From Candidatus Zixiibacteriota bacterium (GTDB lineage: Bacteria; Zixibacteria; MSB-5A5; GN15; JAAZOE01), in contig JBDREQ010000015.1 in NCBI GenBank assembly GCA_043819555.1, positions 1-52,126 on the forward strand: DNA of 52,126 nucleotides, in the 5' to 3' direction. How positions within the stretch are numbered: the first letter of the stretch is position 1; the number at the start of each line of letters is the position of its first letter. Made by a program: the position numbers and the translations under genes. The notes below the pieces were generated by a model. The model was not told where the DNA came from. It saw nothing but the letters and a program-made list of their open reading frames with translations, and made no database searches. Shown here one piece after another: positions 10,612 to 20,128 of the stretch.

Positions 10612-11500
10612 ATTTTTTATACCTATCGACTAATTTTCGAATTACCGCAATATGTTCCGGCGTGGTTCCGCAACAGCCGCCAATTATGGAAATCCCAAGC
10701 TCGATGAGATGGGGTATTTTATGTTCAAAATACTCAGGGGGCTGATTATAAACCGGCTGACCGTCCTGTATGACCGGCAGACCGGCATTAGATTGAATTA
10801 ATATTGGCAAATCTGATTGGGCCTTGAATTCTCCGGCGATTTCAATCATCAAATCAAGACCGTTTCCGCAGTTGGAACCGACGATATCGGCGCCCGCCTC
10901 TTTTAATTGTGTGCAAGCCTGATTTACATTGACACCCATGACGGTAAAAAATCCTCGGGGCGTTTTTTCAAAAGTCATGGTGGCCATAATTGGTATAGAG
11001 GGAGAAATATCTCGGGCCGCTTTGACCGCGAGAATAGCCTCGGATAAATCGATCATGGTTTCGATGCAGATTATATCAACTCCGGAATTTATGAATGATT
11101 GCATTTGGCGTTGGAAGCTCTGATAAAGAATTTCGGGATCGGTATCTCCATAAGGTTTTAATAATTTCCCGGCTGGACCGCAGGAGCCAGAAACATAGGC
11201 ATTGTTTTTAACAACATTTCGCACTGATTTAACGGCAGATTCAATAATCGATTCCGTTTTGTCCTGAAGATTGTAGTTGGCCAATTTGACGGGAGAGGCT
11301 CCAAAAGTATTGGTTTGGATAATTTCTGAGCCGGCCTGAAGATAATCCAAAGCGATTTTTTCGAGTAATTTAGGATTTTCCAGATTGACCGATTCTACAC
11401 ATTGATTAATATCGATACCATAGCGTTGGAGCATTGTCCCCATAGCTCCGTCGGCAACGATTATCTCACCACGCTTTAATCTGTCAAGAATTGGAACCAT
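10610..11500 (-). CDS. Homocysteine S-methyltransferase domain protein (MetH Hcy-binding module)
   Basis: DGAMGTML, AGSEIIQTNTFG, CIETM, zinc ligands GSNCG and IGGCCGTTPEHI, SNAGLP. Confidence 0.92.
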   Translation of the reverse strand: MVPILDRLKRGEIIVADGAMGTMLQRYGIDINQCVESVNLENPKLLEKIALDYLQAGSEIIQTNTFGASPVKLANYNLQDKTESIIESAVKSVRNVVKNNAYVSGSCGPAGKLLKPYGDTDPEILYQSFQRQMQSFINSGVDIICIETMIDLSEAILAVKAARDISPSIPIMATMTFEKTPRGFFTVMGVNVNQACTQLKEAGADIVGSNCGNGLDLMIEIAGEFKAQSDLPILIQSNAGLPVIQDGQPVYNQPPEYFEHKIPHLIELGISIIGGCCGTTPEHIAVIRKLVDRYKK

Positions 11501-11520
11501 CCATTATCTCCGGGTTATGA

Positions 11521-12153
11521 CTATGATAATAATTTGTCAATGCACTCAACGGCGTCCATGCCGTCAAAACCATAAGCGTCGGCGCCAATTTCATCGGCAT
11601 ATTGCTGGGTAACCGGAGCTCCGCCGATAGCAACCTTTATTCTCCCGCTCAAACCTTCTTCTTTGACTAAGTCTACGACCGATTTCATAACCGGCATGGT
11701 TGTCGTCAGGAGCGCCGAGAGGCCGATGACGGGAGCATTTTCTTTTAGTGCGGTTTCTACAAATCTTTGCGGCGAGACATCATTGCCCAGATCAATAACG
11801 TCAAAGCCTGAGCCTTTAAGCATTATACTGACGAGGTTCTTGCCGATATCATGCAAATCTCCCTGAACCGTGCCCAGGACGATTTTGCCACGGGAAGGCA
11901 TATCTTCATCAATGAATAATGGCCTCAATATATCGAGGCCGGCGTACATAGCTTTGGCGGCAAGCAGTACATCCGGCAGAAATATATCATGGCATTTGAA
12001 TTGTTCTCCGACTATTTTCATTCCGGCGATCAATCCATCGTCAAGGATCTGTTTGGGCGGAAGTTTTTGTTTGACCGCTTGAGCAGTCAATTCGGCCGTT
12101 TTGTCAAACTCCCCTCGCTTAAGCGATAATGATATATTTTCGAGCAAATCCAT
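11521..12153 (-). CDS. Cobalamin-binding corrinoid protein (MttC/MtgC-like)
   Basis: Cap domain (GLIAGMKIVGEQF...FLPDVLLAAKAM) plus GDLHDIGKNLV (DxHxxG), SALLTTTM, GGAP. ATG 12153 has a GGAG RBS. Confidence 0.93.
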   Translation of the reverse strand: MDLLENISLSLKRGEFDKTAELTAQAVKQKLPPKQILDDGLIAGMKIVGEQFKCHDIFLPDVLLAAKAMYAGLDILRPLFIDEDMPSRGKIVLGTVQGDLHDIGKNLVSIMLKGSGFDVIDLGNDVSPQRFVETALKENAPVIGLSALLTTTMPVMKSVVDLVKEEGLSGRIKVAIGGAPVTQQYADEIGADAYGFDGMDAVECIDKLLS

Positions 12154-12186
12154 TTTTATCTCCAAATCTTATAATTGATTTTCATT

Positions 12187-12876
12187 TTACCCCATTCTTT
12201 CCAGACAGGGCTGGCCTGGGCATTGGGCGCAAAATGAATATTGATGGTCGAATAAATGAATCTCATTAGGACCGTGCAGAAGCACCCCTGAGATTGATTT
12301 TAGAGGCTCCATTAAACAGCTTTCACGCAAGGTAATATCAATCTCCTCGGGCTTCAGAAAAACAAACAGCGCCTGTTGGGCACTGACATGCCATCCGCAA
12401 TACCCGGGGCTGTAGCACATAGTTTTGCCTGGCTTTGTATTTCCAATTATATTTTCCCGATACCAGGATGCGGCAAAATCTGAGGCGAGATCAGCTCCGG
12501 CTGATGCCGCGGTATCGAGCATTGAACCGAGGGCGAAGTCATTTCTGGTGAAAAGATCGGATATTTTATTGCATATTTCCTGACCGATAGTCAAGGCAAA
12601 GATGGCCAAATTGTCGGCACGAGGATAAATATCCTCGATGGGGGCAGGTGATTCGTTAAGATCTGTACTGTGGTATATGTTCTCGAAGTTTTCACGCGAA
12701 ATCTCAGATATCAAAAGAACAGGTCTTGCCAGCTGAATAAAAATATCCTGAGCGTTTTTTGCCAAATCTACAATTTCAGGTTTGACTTTGCTTCCCTCGG
12801 GGATACTTTGACCTTTCATAATTAAAGATATCTCAGGAGTAATTTTATCTACCGGGATATTGATAATCTCGCGCAT
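12187..12876 (-). CDS. Stand-alone methionine-synthase activation-domain-like protein
   Basis: ALTIG...LDTAAS...YSPGYCGW...Q..LF...LRESCLMEPLKSISG and a C-terminal CxxCxxxxC. TAATG-coupled to the upstream methyltransferase. Confidence 0.8.
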   Translation of the reverse strand: MREIINIPVDKITPEISLIMKGQSIPEGSKVKPEIVDLAKNAQDIFIQLARPVLLISEISRENFENIYHSTDLNESPAPIEDIYPRADNLAIFALTIGQEICNKISDLFTRNDFALGSMLDTAASAGADLASDFAASWYRENIIGNTKPGKTMCYSPGYCGWHVSAQQALFVFLKPEEIDITLRESCLMEPLKSISGVLLHGPNEIHLFDHQYSFCAQCPGQPCLERMG

Positions 12877-14333
12877 TAACTCCGCTCCGGTAATTTATCC
12901 ATGCCGTTTATTCTTGCTTCAGATAACATTAACCCCTCCATCTCGTCTTTAATGTCATCAGAAATGCGGGAAGGATTATAATTGGCAATCAGTTTATTGA
13001 CTTCGATATTCGCTCGTTCCCCCAGAGTCATTCTGCCTTCTTCGGCCCAGCGAGAACGATTGGCCCGTTCAATAACAGGGCCGGGAAAATGAATTTCCTC
13101 TTTCAAGTATTTTCGGGTATGATCGGCAATGAGAAGATGGCCATCTTTAAGAAGTTCCTCGAAATGGGAAAGACTGGGAAAATCTTCTTTAGGTTCAATG
13201 CCCTGAATCATGCGATGAGTCAGCCCGCAAATCTCATTATCGACGACCAGTTTCTCAAGACTAAAACAACTTTCAAAATCCAGCATGCCGGGGCCGGATA
13301 TACTATTTATACCTGACAGGGCGGCCATGGTTGCGCCCATGGACGTTTCCAGGCCGGCCTGGGCATCGAGCTGTTTGGCGTCACTGAGTCCAATATATGC
13401 TTGAGTCGGAAGTCCGAGATATTTGCCAATTTCGTTGTAGGCGCAATCAATCATTTGGGTTTCGACAGCGCCCATCGGAGTTGTCTCATAGCGAATGTCG
13501 AATATGGCCGGGGAACCTCCATATACAATTGGAGCGCCCGGGTAGGCGAGCTGACTAATGACAACACCGCTTAAGGTCTCGGCCGTATGCTGGATAAGCG
13601 TGCCGGTCAGTGTCACAGGAGAAATAAAACCGGACAGAGGCATGGCAATAAATTCTACAGGAATTGAATATTTGGCACAATCAAGTACATTTTGAGACGT
13701 GACATCACTCCATTTTAAAGGAGACGTCGGACAACAGGAAAACATAGTAAGCGGTTTATCCCTGAGATTTTTTTCATTGCCGCGAACCGCCAGTTGAAGA
13801 TTTTTCATAATTTCAAAGGCTTTAATGGTAAACGCTCCCGTAACAACCGGTTTTTCACAAAACAGTAAACTCAGAAAAAGACGATAGCTGTCGGATATTT
13901 TCTCATTGACGTCGGCTGGAATAATTGCGGTACTTTGCAATGATATATGATTAAGCTGGCTCATTAATTGGGCATATTTGATATAATCAGCCGTTGTAGG
14001 ATTCCTGAATTTGTCAGACCCCTGATCCTGAATAAATAGCGCCGCCGAACCGGGAGTATAATTGATATTATATCCGGATAAATCAGCGGCCTCTTCGCCC
14101 ATCACATTATAAAATTTAATAGAAGATGGAGCCGCCGCCAGGGATTTATCGATAAGTTCATCTTTGATTCTTACTTTATGTCCCGAGTCATCCACATGAG
14201 CGCTATGATCCGAAAGCAGTGATACGATTTCGGGATTATGAATAGTCACTCCGATTTTGTCCAATATATCGCGGGCTTCGGAAATTATTCGTTCTATCAG
14301 AGTATCATCGAGGAATTTCAATATGGGGCGCAT
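12876..14333 (-). CDS. MttB-superfamily (trimethylamine/quaternary amine):corrinoid methyltransferase, non-pyrrolysine type
   Basis: TSPLKW, PVTLTGTL...AETLSG, PGAPIVYG, GLPTQAYIGLSDAKQLDAQAGLE, GMLDF...LEKLVVDNEI. No in-frame TAG; Leu appears at the Pyl-equivalent position. Confidence 0.92.
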   Translation of the reverse strand: MRPILKFLDDTLIERIISEARDILDKIGVTIHNPEIVSLLSDHSAHVDDSGHKVRIKDELIDKSLAAAPSSIKFYNVMGEEAADLSGYNINYTPGSAALFIQDQGSDKFRNPTTADYIKYAQLMSQLNHISLQSTAIIPADVNEKISDSYRLFLSLLFCEKPVVTGAFTIKAFEIMKNLQLAVRGNEKNLRDKPLTMFSCCPTSPLKWSDVTSQNVLDCAKYSIPVEFIAMPLSGFISPVTLTGTLIQHTAETLSGVVISQLAYPGAPIVYGGSPAIFDIRYETTPMGAVETQMIDCAYNEIGKYLGLPTQAYIGLSDAKQLDAQAGLETSMGATMAALSGINSISGPGMLDFESCFSLEKLVVDNEICGLTHRMIQGIEPKEDFPSLSHFEELLKDGHLLIADHTRKYLKEEIHFPGPVIERANRSRWAEEGRMTLGERANIEVNKLIANYNPSRISDDIKDEMEGLMLSEARINGMDKLPERS

Positions 14334-14372
14334 TAGTACCCTCCGTATGATTTGACAAATTTCTAATGATGC

Positions 14373-14401
14373 AAATTACGGGTATCATTTGAAAATGTCA
14401 A
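14373..14401 (-). promoter_or_regulatory. Putative sigma70-type promoter of the methyltransferase operon
   Basis: Minus strand TTGACA-N17-TAATTT about 40 nt upstream of ATG 14333 (GGAGG RBS). Confidence 0.45.
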
Positions 14402-14483
14402 TTGAAGGATTCCAAAAATACGGACTGAGAGGCAATTTTAAGTTTAAGATAAATGATGATATTCTTAGCGTGATTGGCCAAAT

Positions 14484-14512
14484 AAAAAAACCGGCTCGAG
14501 AGCCGGTCTTTT
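14484..14512 (-). terminator. Intrinsic terminator after the lysine-rich protein gene
   Basis: Minus strand ACCGGCTCTCGAGCCGGT hairpin followed by a T run. Confidence 0.8.
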
Positions 14513-14540
14513 ATGCAATTACTAAGGTCGTTTGATATTT

Positions 14541-14771
14541 CTACTTGTGCAAATGGCAGCACTTGGCGGGAGGGGCAACCATGCGCTTACAGCGCTTGCC
14601 ATCTTTTGTCTTAGCGACGCACCGGACTTTTTTCACCGGTTTTTTCTTGGCCACTTTCTTCTTCGCTACTTTTTTCTTGGCAACCTTTTTCCTGGCTACC
14701 GGTTTCTTCTTAGCAACTTTTTTCTTAGCTGCTGGTTTTTTCTTTGCGACTTTCTTTTTCGCTTTCGGCAT
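14541..14771 (-). CDS. Small histone-H1-like lysine-rich protein with C-terminal Cys/His motif
   Basis: TAAGGAGG RBS and its own terminator; KKKVA/KKKPV pentapeptide repeats (32 Lys in 76 aa); tail RCVAKTKDGKRCKRMVAPPAKCCHLHK. Confidence 0.85.
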   Translation of the reverse strand: MPKAKKKVAKKKPAAKKKVAKKKPVARKKVAKKKVAKKKVAKKKPVKKVRCVAKTKDGKRCKRMVAPPAKCCHLHK

Positions 14772-15049
14772 TCAAATCCTCCTTATTATGATAAACTCGA
14801 CCTTACCGTATTGATTTTGTAAAAACATGTCAACAAAAAAACAATAACATTCTTTAAAATAATTTAAAATTTATTTATCATTAACCACATGCATATAATT
14901 CTGGATATGTGCATATTAATCATTATTCGGCTTAAAAATCTCGATATGAGAGAAATGTCGAAAGAACTTGATATTGATGAAGGATTAAATTAATTTGCGA
15001 GCCGGACAATTATAAGCTTATAGTGCCTTATCAATGACTGGAAATAGGA

Positions 15050-17041
15050 ATGAGTATGGCTTCTGGCAATGATATATATATAAGGTCCATGCGATCGATT
15101 GGCTACGTAAAGAGAGAAAGCGCGACCGCGGATACATATCAACAATTGGGATTTATAAGCGGGCTTGAGATTCATCAGCAATTATTGACTGCTAAAAAAT
15201 TATTTTGCCGCTGCCCGGCCGGTTTATATCAGAACGGCGATGATTATGACGCTGAGCTGGTCCGGCATATGCGCCCGACTCTCAGCGAGCTGGGCGAATA
15301 CGACGGTACGGCGTTAATGGAATTTAAAACGCGCAAGAATATTATCTATCGTATCAAGGACGAATCGGCCTGCACTTATGATATTGACGATACTCCACCC
15401 TTTGCCATAAATCGCGAAGCGCTGGATAAGGCCATAGAAATTGCATTACTCCTCGGCACCAATATTGTCGGAGAATTGCATATCACCCGTAAACAATACC
15501 TTGACGGATCGATCCCTACCGGATTTCAGCGGACGGCCATTGTCGGCATCGAAGGCGAGATACCTTTCGGCGGGAAGAGAATTCGAATTATTCAATTAAG
15601 TCTGGAAGAAGATTCATGCCGCGAAGTGTCAGATGAGGGTCATTGGCGGACTTACACGACCGACAGGCTTGGGATGCCATTAATCGAGACCGTAACCGCG
15701 CCGGACATGAAAACCCCGGATGAAGTGGCACAGGCCGCTCATTATTTGCGGTATTTAACTCGCAGTTGTGACAGTGTCCGGACCGGAATCGGGGCCGCTC
15801 GAGAAGACGTAAATGTAAGCATAAGCGGAGGCACAAGGGTTGAGATTAAAGGAGTGGCACATATTCGCCGGATACCAGAACTGACACATAATGAAGCATT
15901 CCGACAAAAAGCGCTTCTATCTATAAAGGATGAGCTTTCATCTTTAAGTATCGTTCAAAATGAATGGAGTCCGTCATCGGTTGATTTGACTCAAAATAAT
16001 ATCATTCCGTTAAAGGGTATATTGAATGAAATTAGAAAGAAGAATTTTCAAATAATTGGAATAAATCTGCCGGGATTTTATGGTTTGTTATCATTTTTTA
16101 CTCAGCCGGGAAAAACATTTGCCGACGAGTTGAGCTGCCGATTGAAAGTAATCGCCTGCATTGAAAGACCAAATATGATTCATTCGGAAGAGATTGTGGA
16201 TCTACCCGGAAATGAAATGGTAAATAAAGAGGTATGGGATAAACTGGCAAGTCATTTCAAGGCCGATGAAAAAGATGCCCAATTGATTCTGTGGGGTAAC
16301 GCGGATGATATCAAAACGGCAATTGAGACTATTGAAGAAAGATGCCGTCTGGCTTTCAATGGAGTACCCAATGAAACAAGAAAGGCATTGCCCGATGGAA
16401 CGACTATTTTCGAACGAGTTTTACCCGGCCCGGACAGGATGTACCCCGACACCGATTCGGCTCCGATTCCAATAGAAGACGAGCATATTGAGAGCATAAA
16501 GAAGGATTTGCCTGTTTCAGTTCGAGATCGTGTACTTCAGCTACAAGGATGGAACGTCCCGGCGGATACATTCGATTATATACTGCGAAGAAACCTCGCA
16601 TGGCTGATAGAGAAAATTATCAATGATTTCAATCTTCCGCCCAAGTATATTGGGACCTTATTCGGCCATACTTTCCGCGGTATTGAAAGGAAAGTCACGC
16701 CATCCGCCGATTTTAATGATTACTCTATATACGGCTTGTTTAAGTTTATTAATGCTCAGGGATTAAAAATCGAAATAGCGGAAGCCATGCTTCCTGAACT
16801 GTACGCTCACCCCAAAATGGTTTTCGATTCTATCTTAAGCATTATCGGATATAAAAAATGCGTGCGGGAATCAATAATTGGCCTGATTCCAAATCTCATA
16901 AATAAATTTGACTCGATAAAACGAAATATATCTCCGTTTGCGAAACGTGACTGGGTGATGGGGCATCTTAGAAAGATGGCTTTGGGAAATGTAGCTCTCA
17001 ATGAAATCGCGAAGACGGTAGAAGAGGAGTGCGCGAAATGA
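15050..17041 (+). CDS. gatE: Glu-tRNA(Gln) amidotransferase subunit E (archaeal GatDE type)
   Basis: SGLEIHQQL..KKLFCRCP, MRPTLSELGEYD..A..E, RKQYLDGSIPTGFQRT, LEEDSCR, DRLGMPLIE, RTGIGAAREDVNVSI.GG.RVEIKGV, AspRS-like insertion, GVPNETR...RVLPGPDRMYPDTD. Confidence 0.92.
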   Translation: MSMASGNDIYIRSMRSIGYVKRESATADTYQQLGFISGLEIHQQLLTAKKLFCRCPAGLYQNGDDYDAELVRHMRPTLSELGEYDGTALMEFKTRKNIIYRIKDESACTYDIDDTPPFAINREALDKAIEIALLLGTNIVGELHITRKQYLDGSIPTGFQRTAIVGIEGEIPFGGKRIRIIQLSLEEDSCREVSDEGHWRTYTTDRLGMPLIETVTAPDMKTPDEVAQAAHYLRYLTRSCDSVRTGIGAAREDVNVSISGGTRVEIKGVAHIRRIPELTHNEAFRQKALLSIKDELSSLSIVQNEWSPSSVDLTQNNIIPLKGILNEIRKKNFQIIGINLPGFYGLLSFFTQPGKTFADELSCRLKVIACIERPNMIHSEEIVDLPGNEMVNKEVWDKLASHFKADEKDAQLILWGNADDIKTAIETIEERCRLAFNGVPNETRKALPDGTTIFERVLPGPDRMYPDTDSAPIPIEDEHIESIKKDLPVSVRDRVLQLQGWNVPADTFDYILRRNLAWLIEKIINDFNLPPKYIGTLFGHTFRGIERKVTPSADFNDYSIYGLFKFINAQGLKIEIAEAMLPELYAHPKMVFDSILSIIGYKKCVRESIIGLIPNLINKFDSIKRNISPFAKRDWVMGHLRKMALGNVALNEIAKTVEEECAK

Positions 17042-18420
17042 GTGATATATTCAAAGGATATAAAGGCGCGGCTCTGGAGGCTCTGAAAAAATTCAATATG
17101 CGGGTTTGGGGAGAAGCGCTGGTTGAAACCACTCGCGGAGATTTTTCGGGAATAATTCTGCCGCGCGCGGAAAGTGATGACGATCGGCATATCGTATTGA
17201 AATTAGCGACCGGATATAATGTCGGAATTACAGTAGAAACTATAACAGCCATGGGCGAGACGGGATACAAAGAAGCGCATTATAAAATCCCCGAAAAGGA
17301 ATTCCCCTATAGCGAAGGCAAGCCAAATGTTAAACTATTCGGAACAGGCGGAACGATTGCCTCGAGGCTCGATTATCGAACCGGTGCGGTGATTCCGGCT
17401 TTCTCCCCGGGTGAATTGTATGGAGCCGTTCCGGAACTGGCAGATATTTGCAATTTGACCACCGAGAAGCTATTTGCCGTATTTAGCGAAAATATGGGGC
17501 CAAAACAATATATCGCTCTTGCCAAAGCAATAGGCAAAGAGATTGAGAACGGAATTGACGGAATTGTTATTGGCCATGGTACGGATACGATGCATCATAC
17601 CGCGGCGGCCCTGTCATATATGATACAAAATTCACCGGTTCCGATTGTTTTGGTGGGATCGCAGCGTTCATCGGACAGGCCGTCCTCGGATGCGGCTCTG
17701 AATCTGATGCATGCGGCCAAAACCGCCGGCGAATCGGATATTGCCGAAGTGGTTGTCAGTATGTTTGGGCCGACGTCGGACCAGTACGGGCTTTTGCACC
17801 GGGGAACGCGCGTTCGAAAAATGCACTCCTCTTATCGTTCGACTTTTAGGACAATCGGCGACATTCCTATCGCTACTGTCGATCGAGATAAAATTACGCC
17901 GATTCGGGATGATTATAATCGCCGGCGGAAGGACAGAAATGTCAACGTCGTGCCGGTTTTTGAAGAGCGGGTGGCGATGGTTTATTATTATCCCAACATG
18001 CATTCCGATATAATTGATTCTTTGGTGAATAACGGTTATCGGGGAATCATTATTGCCGGAACCGGATTGGGGCATGTCAATAAGCCGGTTTATCCAGCCA
18101 TAGAGCGGGCCACTAAAGCCGGGGTTGCGATTTATATGACAGTCCAGACGCTGTGGGGTTATGTTCATATGTTCGTTTATGACACCGGTCGCGATTTGAT
18201 GAGCAAGGGAATAATCCCGACAGAAAATATGCTCCCAGAAGTGGCATATATCAAACTCGGCTGGGCGCTGGGGCAGACTGATGATCTGGAGGAAGTCAAA
18301 AAAATAATGTTGACGCCTATTTGCGGAGATATTACTGAGCGGGAGCCGTATGATGGATATCTGATTTATCAGGGCGGAACGCCGGAAATACGAAAATTCC
18401 TGAAATCAAATATTCGATAG
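17038..18420 (+). CDS. gatD: Glu-tRNA(Gln) amidotransferase subunit D (glutaminase subunit)
   Basis: N-terminal GatD domain (VLKLATGYNVGI) and asparaginase-like motifs GTGGTIASRLDYRTGAV, HGTDTM, GSQRSSDRPSSD, KMHSSYR, GTGLGHV. ATGA overlap with the gatE stop and GAGGAG RBS. Confidence 0.93.
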   Translation: MSDIFKGYKGAALEALKKFNMRVWGEALVETTRGDFSGIILPRAESDDDRHIVLKLATGYNVGITVETITAMGETGYKEAHYKIPEKEFPYSEGKPNVKLFGTGGTIASRLDYRTGAVIPAFSPGELYGAVPELADICNLTTEKLFAVFSENMGPKQYIALAKAIGKEIENGIDGIVIGHGTDTMHHTAAALSYMIQNSPVPIVLVGSQRSSDRPSSDAALNLMHAAKTAGESDIAEVVVSMFGPTSDQYGLLHRGTRVRKMHSSYRSTFRTIGDIPIATVDRDKITPIRDDYNRRRKDRNVNVVPVFEERVAMVYYYPNMHSDIIDSLVNNGYRGIIIAGTGLGHVNKPVYPAIERATKAGVAIYMTVQTLWGYVHMFVYDTGRDLMSKGIIPTENMLPEVAYIKLGWALGQTDDLEEVKKIMLTPICGDITEREPYDGYLIYQGGTPEIRKFLKSNIR

Positions 18421-18443
18421 TTCAATAATCCAGCCCGGGTAAA

Positions 18444-19637
18444 TTATCTAAATCGAAATGAGACGCCGGTGGTTATTGAATAATCATCAAAATTGTATAA
18501 TGGCTTATTTGAGTTGTTGTTCATATGCTCGATATTAAGCACCGGTTCGATCAAATACTCATGATTTAATTTGACAGGGCATTGAAGGCTTAAATAGAAT
18601 CGATTGACACTATCTTCACGTGGTTTATCTTCAGTTTTGACTTCCAAATATGTTCGATCAAGTCCATCGGCATCATATCGATTGGAAGTGGTCAAAAATC
18701 GTTTATTCCAATGGCCGTATCCAGTGTTTACTATTAATCCTGGTATGGCAAACGATTTAATATTGACTGAAGCGCTTTGCCCTTCCCAGACTGTCGCCCA
18801 AGGTGATAAATATCCGGTTGAAATATCCCACAAAAATCCGCCTCGATAATTTTGAAAATTCTGAATGGTATAGATCAGATTCAGGCCAGTTTTTCTGCCA
18901 AGCGAACGGGATAAACGTGGTGATAGATAAAGCACCCATAAATCGTCTTTAGTGTCGGCGATATCTTTAATCCACATAATATCATAGGGAATGGGTTCGG
19001 GCAAATCGGGGCGCGACAGCGGCCAGCCATCTCCGGTCAGGTTGGCGTCTTTATATAAATAATTGGTACGTCCGTATCCGGCCTCAAAATCAAAACTTGT
19101 CTGCATGGGGAGAACAGCATTTATTCCCATAATAAAATCAAAATCACGCTTATAATCGTTGCCGGTATTGATATAAACCGTCGAGCGAAAAGAAAGGCCG
19201 CCTCGAATATGGAAGCGCGGATTGAGTTGGAATCCGCCAATTAATTTTACCTCGCCAAAATTATTATCGACACCACTAAAATCACTATGATATTTCCGTC
19301 CGTTTAAGCTTGCCGCAAAATAGAGGGAAAATCGTGATATCTCAGATAGGGGGATATAGGTTACATTAAATCTGCCAAAAATATTGCTCAGGCCTATCGT
19401 TTCACGATAATATGTTTGCTCTCCTGATAAAGACACTTTCAGTGAGGGGAGAGGAATATAATCAACTATCGCCGAAGTTATTGAACAGGCGTCATACGTA
19501 GAACTGCTGTCCTGAAGCAGATTACTGCTTGATTTAGTACTGGCGGAAAAATCGATAGAGATTTGTGCCTGAAGAGCCGGCGAGAGAAAAGCTAAAATAA
19601 AAATTAAAGCGGAGAGGATTGAAACTATATGCCGCAT
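18444..19637 (-). CDS. Putative outer-membrane beta-barrel protein of unknown function
   Basis: Signal peptide, many amphipathic Tyr/Gly/Ser-rich strands, C-terminal strand YSITTGVSFRFR. Confidence 0.65.
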   Translation of the reverse strand: MRHIVSILSALIFILAFLSPALQAQISIDFSASTKSSSNLLQDSSSTYDACSITSAIVDYIPLPSLKVSLSGEQTYYRETIGLSNIFGRFNVTYIPLSEISRFSLYFAASLNGRKYHSDFSGVDNNFGEVKLIGGFQLNPRFHIRGGLSFRSTVYINTGNDYKRDFDFIMGINAVLPMQTSFDFEAGYGRTNYLYKDANLTGDGWPLSRPDLPEPIPYDIMWIKDIADTKDDLWVLYLSPRLSRSLGRKTGLNLIYTIQNFQNYRGGFLWDISTGYLSPWATVWEGQSASVNIKSFAIPGLIVNTGYGHWNKRFLTTSNRYDADGLDRTYLEVKTEDKPREDSVNRFYLSLQCPVKLNHEYLIEPVLNIEHMNNNSNKPLYNFDDYSITTGVSFRFR

Positions 19638-20047
19638 ACGCCACCTGCGCAGCCGTTGGCAATATTACCCAATCCAATTCCATTGCCGACTCCGAAATCT
19701 ATGCCGAATGTAAAGCCTATCCGTTGATTGGAATGGCAGCGAACATGGAATTCGCGAGCCCCAAAGGCTTCCCGATTATTCAAATAGAGCTTTGTGGAGG
19801 TATTATTACTTAAAGATTCGTTTAGCGACTGACCCAGAATGCCTGGGGCAGCCTTATTTTCAGCGTTTTTATTTTCAAAATCATCCGGAATGCCGTTGCC
19901 GTCATTATCACGATAATTATCGTTGATCCCGTCACCGTCAAAATCGATATATATTGAATTATATATTTTCATCGAGTCTTCGGCATGGGCTGAATCCGTA
20001 GAATATATAAAACTAAGCGCCGTAAATGCTAGAAGCAATAACTTCAT
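19625..20047 (-). CDS. Small exported protein with DxDGDG Ca-binding-like repeats and C-terminal CAGGVC
   Basis: Signal peptide (…SAHA|ED); IDFDGDGINDNYRDNDGNGIPDD; Gly-rich tail ending GCAGGVCGI; overlaps the next gene by 13 nt. Confidence 0.75.
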   Translation of the reverse strand: MKLLLLAFTALSFIYSTDSAHAEDSMKIYNSIYIDFDGDGINDNYRDNDGNGIPDDFENKNAENKAAPGILGQSLNESLSNNTSTKLYLNNREAFGAREFHVRCHSNQRIGFTFGIDFGVGNGIGLGNIANGCAGGVCGI

Positions 20048-20128
20048 ATAAATCCCAATCCATACTATGCTTTTGCTCCGTTAATTTATCCACTGCTGGC
20101 GGTTTTGGCAATACCTGTCTTATGATGG

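Noticed and set aside
12876..14333. Pyrrolysine-containing MttB
   Set aside because: The ORF is uninterrupted with no in-frame TAG; the equivalent position appears to be Leu, and no pyl genes are in the window.
14532..14822. Plus-strand Phe-rich ORFs (FFLAT repeats)
   Set aside because: Mirror of the lysine codons on the minus strand; the RBS and terminator support the minus-strand gene.
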